From NCBI GenBank assembly GCA_965287045.1, contig OZ336880.1, positions 64,294,001-64,358,000 on the forward strand: a stretch of 64,000 nucleotides of DNA. The letters run 5' to 3'. The translations under genes were made by a program, and so were the position numbers. Source of the DNA: Carcharhinus amblyrhynchos (taxonomy: Eukaryota). Positions within the stretch are counted from its first letter, which is position 1. Every line of letters starts with the position of its first letter. Shown in pieces: positions 58,542 to 64,000 of this stretch. The notes under the pieces were generated by a model that was given only the letters and a program-made list of their open reading frames with translations, was not told the origin of the DNA and ran no database searches.

Positions 58542-59117
58542 TATTAAAATAACTTTGTACATCAAATGGCTTCCAGATAAACTAAATGACAGCTGTCAAC
58601 AGAATTGTGCACAAAATCACACATTTATGAAAAGAAGCACATCTTGTGAACAGGCATGACGTTTATGATATAAGAAACGAAGGAATTTGTAATTCGTCCG
58701 TAAACAATGGTAAACATAATTGACCTTTTTGATGACATTTTGTCACTTTAAAATTGGGCATACAGGGGTCAGAGACTATTTTGAAATCTGCTGCTTATTT
58801 TCATGGGTCTTCAAGCAAGATATTGATTTCCCCTCCAGTTCAATTTAAATCTTATTCTGATCAGCAGGACTTAATGGACACACCAACACCCAAAATGATA
58901 ATGCATGCACAAATGAGTGATCACAAATAATGTGTGAAAAATACAATTCAGATTTTATATTCACAGGATGTGCATTTACTGTCTCAAATGTTAGCCTTCT
59001 TAATGTGTTGCAAACTGATGATACCATATATATATAGACTCATAAGAGCAAGCTGGTTTACATCATTAAGTCACAAAATTAAATTAGAGAACCTTCAAAC
59101 AAAGCTGCAGGGATCAG

Positions 59118-59300
59118 TTAACAACAACAAGGTGTGTTTATGTAGAACGTTTAACATGAAAAACAATACTTCACAAGAACGTTACAAATCAAAGTTTGAC
59201 ACCCAGCCTCATAAACAGCTATGAGAGTAGATTAACGTAAGTCTGGTCAAAAAGGTAGGGCTTTATGAATATGTTAAAAGGAGGAATGTGAGGTCAAGAA
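59118..59300 (-). mobile_element. L2-type 3' tail remnant
   Basis: aacaacaacaa..g.gtttat.tag..c.tttaac...ggtcaaa.aggtaggg.tt. Confidence 0.5.
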
Positions 59301-59689
59301 CAATGTTCATTCTAAGCTGTTTGATTGTGTGGTGTGATTGAATTTATAGTTTCAAACCTTGCAGTTTTTGAGACAGACCTTAATTGAAAAGGGAAACTGA
59401 CAAGGAAATCAAGACTGAAACTGAGGTTGGAAACCAAAACCTCTGGTTGAAGCTATATGAAAGGGACAGAGCCACCAGAGCACGATCAGGCTGCTTCGCA
59501 TGCTGTTGGTGGTCATCAGGTTCATGCACACAAATATAATGCCCAGTGCACTTCCTACTGGGACAGTGCACCATTTTCATACTTTAAAAGTCCTCGTAAT
59601 ACCTAAATACTGGGCGATGGAAAGTCCTTTTTTTTCATATTACAACCTATATTGTTGCCACAAGGTAAAATGGAGTTAAATATAATCAA

Positions 59690-62600
59690 AATTAATTTAT
59701 TTAAGGAAGACTTCTGTACTGAGGTTTAACAACCTGTATTAAATTTGAACAAAGGAAATGATAGAGGTTACGAGGAGCAAATTAGCTGAGGTAGACTGGG
59801 AAGATACATTTAAAAAATATGATGATACACAGGCAATGGTAAAAGCCAAAATGAAAAGTCAATCAATCGTGGATAACAAAGGAAGTTAGGGATTGTATAA
59901 AGTTAAAAGGAAAGGCTTATAAAGTTGTAGGCATTAGTGTTAAATCTGAGGGTTGGGAGAATGTTAGAATACAGCAAAGGAGGACCAAGAAACTGATAAA
60001 GAACAAGAGAATAGGATGTGATGTAAATGAATAAAATGTGGTTGACTCTCAACTGTCCTCGGGCAACTAGGGTTGAGCAATAAATGCTGGCCAGCCAATG
60101 ATACCCACATCTCACAAATGAATAATAAAAAACACAAAAAGAGAATGCAAAAACTTCCACAAGTATGTAAAAAGGAAATATTTGGCTTGGACAAATGAGG
60201 GTCCATTATAGGCAGAGTTGGGAGAATTTATAATGGGAAATAAAGAAGTGGCTGAGAAGCAAAATGATTACAAGGGAGAATGAGGAATTGTAGCAAATTA
60301 GTAGGAAGGTTGTATTGGAGAAGTGAATGGAACTGAAAGTTGGTAAGTCCATGGGTTCCTGATATTCAACATCCCAGAGTGTTGAATGAGAAAATTATGG
60401 AGATAATGGATGCATTGGTGATTATCTTCTAAAATTATATTGATTCTAGAACAGTTCCTGCAAACTGGAAGGTAGCCAATGTCATCCCAATATTGAAGAA
60501 GGCAGGGAGAGAGAAAACAGGGGATGACAGACCCGTCAAGTCTTAGATCAGTAGCAGGGAAAATAAGAACATAAGAACATAAGAAATAGGAGCAGGAGTA
60601 GGCCATCTAGCCCTTCGAGCCTGCCCCGCCATTCAATAAGATCATGGCTGATCTGTCGTGGCTCAGTTCCACTTTCCCGCCCTCTCCCCATAACCCTTAA
60701 TCCCCTCTCTTATCAAAAACCCATCAACCCGCTTCTTAAAAATATTTAGCGAGGCAGCCTCCACCACTTCAACGGGCAGAGAATTCCAGAGATTCACCAC
60801 CCTTTGAGTGAAGAAGTTCCTCCTCAACTCCGTTCTGAACCGCCCCCCCTTTATCTTGAGGCTGTGCCCCCTAGTCCTACTGTCTTTTTTGAGCGGGAAG
60901 AGTCTTTCCACCTCTATCCTATCCATCCCATTCATCATCTTATACGTCTCAATGAGATCTCCCCTCATTCTTCTAAACTCTAACGAGTACAAGCCTAGTT
61001 TATTCAGCCTCTCCTCATAGCTCAACCCCCTCAACTCCGGTATCAGCCTAGTAAACCTCCTCTGCACTCCCTCCAGGGCCAAAATATCCTTGCGCAGGTG
61101 CGGCGCCCAAAACTGCACACAGTACTCCAGCTGCGGCCTCACCAATGCCCTATACAGCTGCAGCAAGACCTCCCTACTTTTATATTCAATCCCCCTCGCT
61201 ATGAAGGCCAGCATCCCATTCGCCTTCCTGACCACCTGCTGCACTTGCAGGCTGGGTTTTTGCGACTCATGCACAAGGACCCCGAGGTCCCTCTGCACCG
61301 TCGCCTGCTGCAGTTTTTCGCCACGTAAGTAATAGTCCTTCCTACCATTCTTCCTACCAAAGTGGACCACCTCACACTTGCCAACATTAAATTCCATTTG
61401 CCATTTCCTGGCCCATTCGCCCAGCCTATCTAGATCCTTCTGCAGACTCTCCACACCCTCCGCACAATTTGCCTTTGCTGGAATCTGTTATAAAAGACAT
61501 AATAATTGGACACTTAGATAATAATTATCTGATTGGGCATAATGGACAGAATCAACATGGATTTATGAAAAGGAAATTATGTTTGACAAACCCATTGGAG
61601 TAATTTTGAGGATGCTACTAACTAACTAAACTTTTAAACTTTTTAAACTAACAGAATTGACAAAGGGGCGGACAGAATATACTTGGATTTTCAGCAGGCT
61701 CCCTATAATGTCCAGTCCCAGGAGGTTGGTTAGCAAAATTAAAGCACAGGGTATAGGAGGTAATATATGGACACGGATTAAGGATTGGCTGACAGGCAGA
61801 AAACAGAGAGTAAGAATAAATGGGTCCTTCTTTCACTGGCAAGCTGTGACCATTGGAATGCCGCACGGATCAGCACTTGGGCCCCAACTATCCACAGCAT
61901 ATATCAATGATGTAATATTTCCAAATCTGTCAATGACATAATGCTGGGTGGGAATACGTGTTGTGAGGAAGAAGCAAAACAGCATCAAAAGGATTTGGAC
62001 AGATTTAGAACTGGGGAAGAACATGGCAGATGGAATTGAGTTTATCCACTTTAGCAGGAGGAACAGATGTGTAGAGCATTTCTTAAATGGTAAGAATTTA
62101 GACAGTGTTGAGAATATAAAGGGACCTAGATGTCCTCATTAGTAAGTCCACTGAATGCTAACATGCCAAGTGCAGCGAGCAATTAGGAAAGCTAATGGTG
62201 TGTTATCCTTAATCTAAATGGATTTGAACATAGGACTGTCAATATCTTTCCCTTTTGAATAGAACCTTGGAGCACAGCTAGAGTACTCTGTGCAGTTTTG
62301 GTTCCCTTACCTTAGGAAGGATATAATTGCAATGGAGGGAATGCAACAAAGGTTGATCTGGCTTACTCCCAGGATGGCAGAAAAAGATTGGGAAACTGGG
62401 CCCGGATTCCCTCGAGTTTTGAAGAATGAGAGGTGATCTCATTGAAACCTACAAGATACTCAAAGGGATAACGAGGGTAGATGCAGGTGAGATGGTTCCC
62501 CTAATTGAGTAATGTAGAACCAAGGGACATAAATTCATAATAAGGGGCAAGAACATTGCAGAAGGGGGCAAGGACTGAAGTGAGAAGACTTTTTTTTTTA

Positions 62601-62830
62601 CTCAGCGGGTTGTGAATCTTTAGAATTCTCTACCCCAGAGGACTTTGGAAGTTTCGTTGTTGAGTCTGTTTGAAGCATAGATTGACAGAGTTTTAAATAT
62701 CAATGACACAAAGGAGTGTGGGGGTAGTATGGGAAAAAGGCATTGAAGTGGGTGATCAACCATGATCTTATTGAACATGAAGTGGGCTTGATGGTCTGAA
62801 TAGCTTACTGTTGTTCCTTTGATGCTATGT
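59690..62830 (+). mobile_element. Old degenerate CR1 LINE, split by a LINE tail (60035-60130) and a young CR1
   Basis: GIGGNIWTRIKDWLTGRKQRVRING, GMPHGSALGPQL, RMRGDLIETYK; gggaaaat|tgctggaatc rejoins across 60563/61475. Confidence 0.88.
60563..61473 (-). mobile_element. Young 5'-truncated CR1 (ORF2 C-terminus, 263 aa open frame)
   Basis: Same subfamily as 16482-18004; tail (ataagaac)n on plus. Confidence 0.93.
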
Positions 62831-64000
62831 TCTTACGCTTCAGTAGTTATGTCACAAGGATAACATGCAAAATCTAAATCGTAACGGGAATTGTAGCACG
62901 AAGTGTACTTGCTGAATATGCATTCATTATTACTGGTACTCTGCTTGTATTACTGGATTGTCAAATACATCACAAATCTCTGTTTAGTGCAAACAATCTT
63001 ATTAACTGAATTACTGTAATTGGTATCAACATATTCAATGCGAAGGAAGTTTTATTCCTGTCAGTTAAGATGTATTAGTGGTTCCTTGCTCAGTAGATTT
63101 TATATTGTTCCTTGGTGCTTTGTTCCCACATTAGGAATCAATACTAAATCAGTCATTTTTCTGACCAGACATATTCTTTTTGAGTGTGACTTCATCGCAG
63201 GCTAGCTTAAATGCTTCAATTTATCTAATCACTCCTCATCTCGTCCCCCAGGCTAATTCAGCTTTATTAAGTACTCTGGATCAATGAATGAAACTGTTCT
63301 AACTAATGCAGTGAATGCGCGCCTGTGCATGTGTCATGCCATGCATGACAATAGTTATTGCTTCAGGAAACACATCAAACTTAGAAACTGAACACCACTG
63401 AGAGACCCATTTCAGAAATTACTTCTTCCGTTTCTTACATTCACACTGTGCTCAAATAATTTGATTGGAATACAATTTGTCACGGTGAAAATTACAACCA
63501 ACATGATGGTTACTGCAGTCGACACCATTTACAGGCACATAAAGGGCAACACTTTGAACTGATCGTTTCCAAGCAACCCCGTCGTTAGGGCTAGCAGGTC
63601 AGGGTGGAAGACTGATGGGCTAAGTGGAAAAGCCAGCAGTACACAAGAAATTAGTCCAGGAGCTCAGTAATAACAGAAGCAAGACGGGAGAAATCACACG
63701 TGATTATGAACTACTGCTATTTGCCATGGTTTTGGTCACCTGTTTTACGACAATAGTATTAAATGAAGGCCAGAGTATGCCTGGCCATGCTCATTACATA
63801 AATGATACAATAATTATTGTAAGTCTCAAATTCTACATCATCCTCAATAAAATTCTTCAGTATTTAATGCATATATACTGATGGGTCATTTTAACTTAAT
63901 TTCCCCAGTGGGAAACTGATGGAATCAGATGCAGATATCCACTTTGCATCTCACCCATTTCACTTTCCATTGACTTCAATCCCACAACCTAATACATAAA

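Noticed and set aside
352-63881. Numerous 60-130 aa ORFs as genes
   Set aside because: Mostly non-ATG starts, overlapping SINE/LINE sequence or random composition; none resembles a known host protein.

Overview
Eukaryotic, repeat-dense, apparently intergenic or intronic DNA. The repeat families (CR1 LINEs with (TTCTATG)n or (TTCTTATG)n tails, HE1-like tRNA-derived SINEs, Deu-domain SINEs, Penelope pseudo-LTRs) point to a cartilaginous fish (shark-like) genome; this is inference. I could not identify any host protein-coding gene. All long ORFs are retroelement-derived. Main content: (1) one full-length CR1 LINE with uninterrupted ORF1 (zinc-finger/leucine-zipper + SGNH esterase) and ORF2 (APE endonuclease + RT) at ~32433-36785 (-), and a close sister copy in inverted orientation at 43257-47130 (+) with two nonsense codons; (2) many older or truncated CR1/L2 fragments, often nested; (3) a decayed Gypsy element and solo LTRs; (4) at least four decayed PIF/Harbinger transposase fossils plus MITEs with 3-bp TSDs; (5) Penelope-like pseudo-LTRs carrying minimal hammerhead ribozyme motifs, one essentially intact and bounded by a 12-bp TSD; (6) SINEs sharing a head but with two alternative tails. 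The most interesting signals are the CR1 5' UTR (perfect DR5 nuclear-receptor element + ETS site + TATA + hairpin + clustered splice donors), the intact hammerhead, and several insertion-junction signatures. Nothing here demonstrates a wholly new system. Boundaries of decayed elements are approximate (read by eye, no database search).
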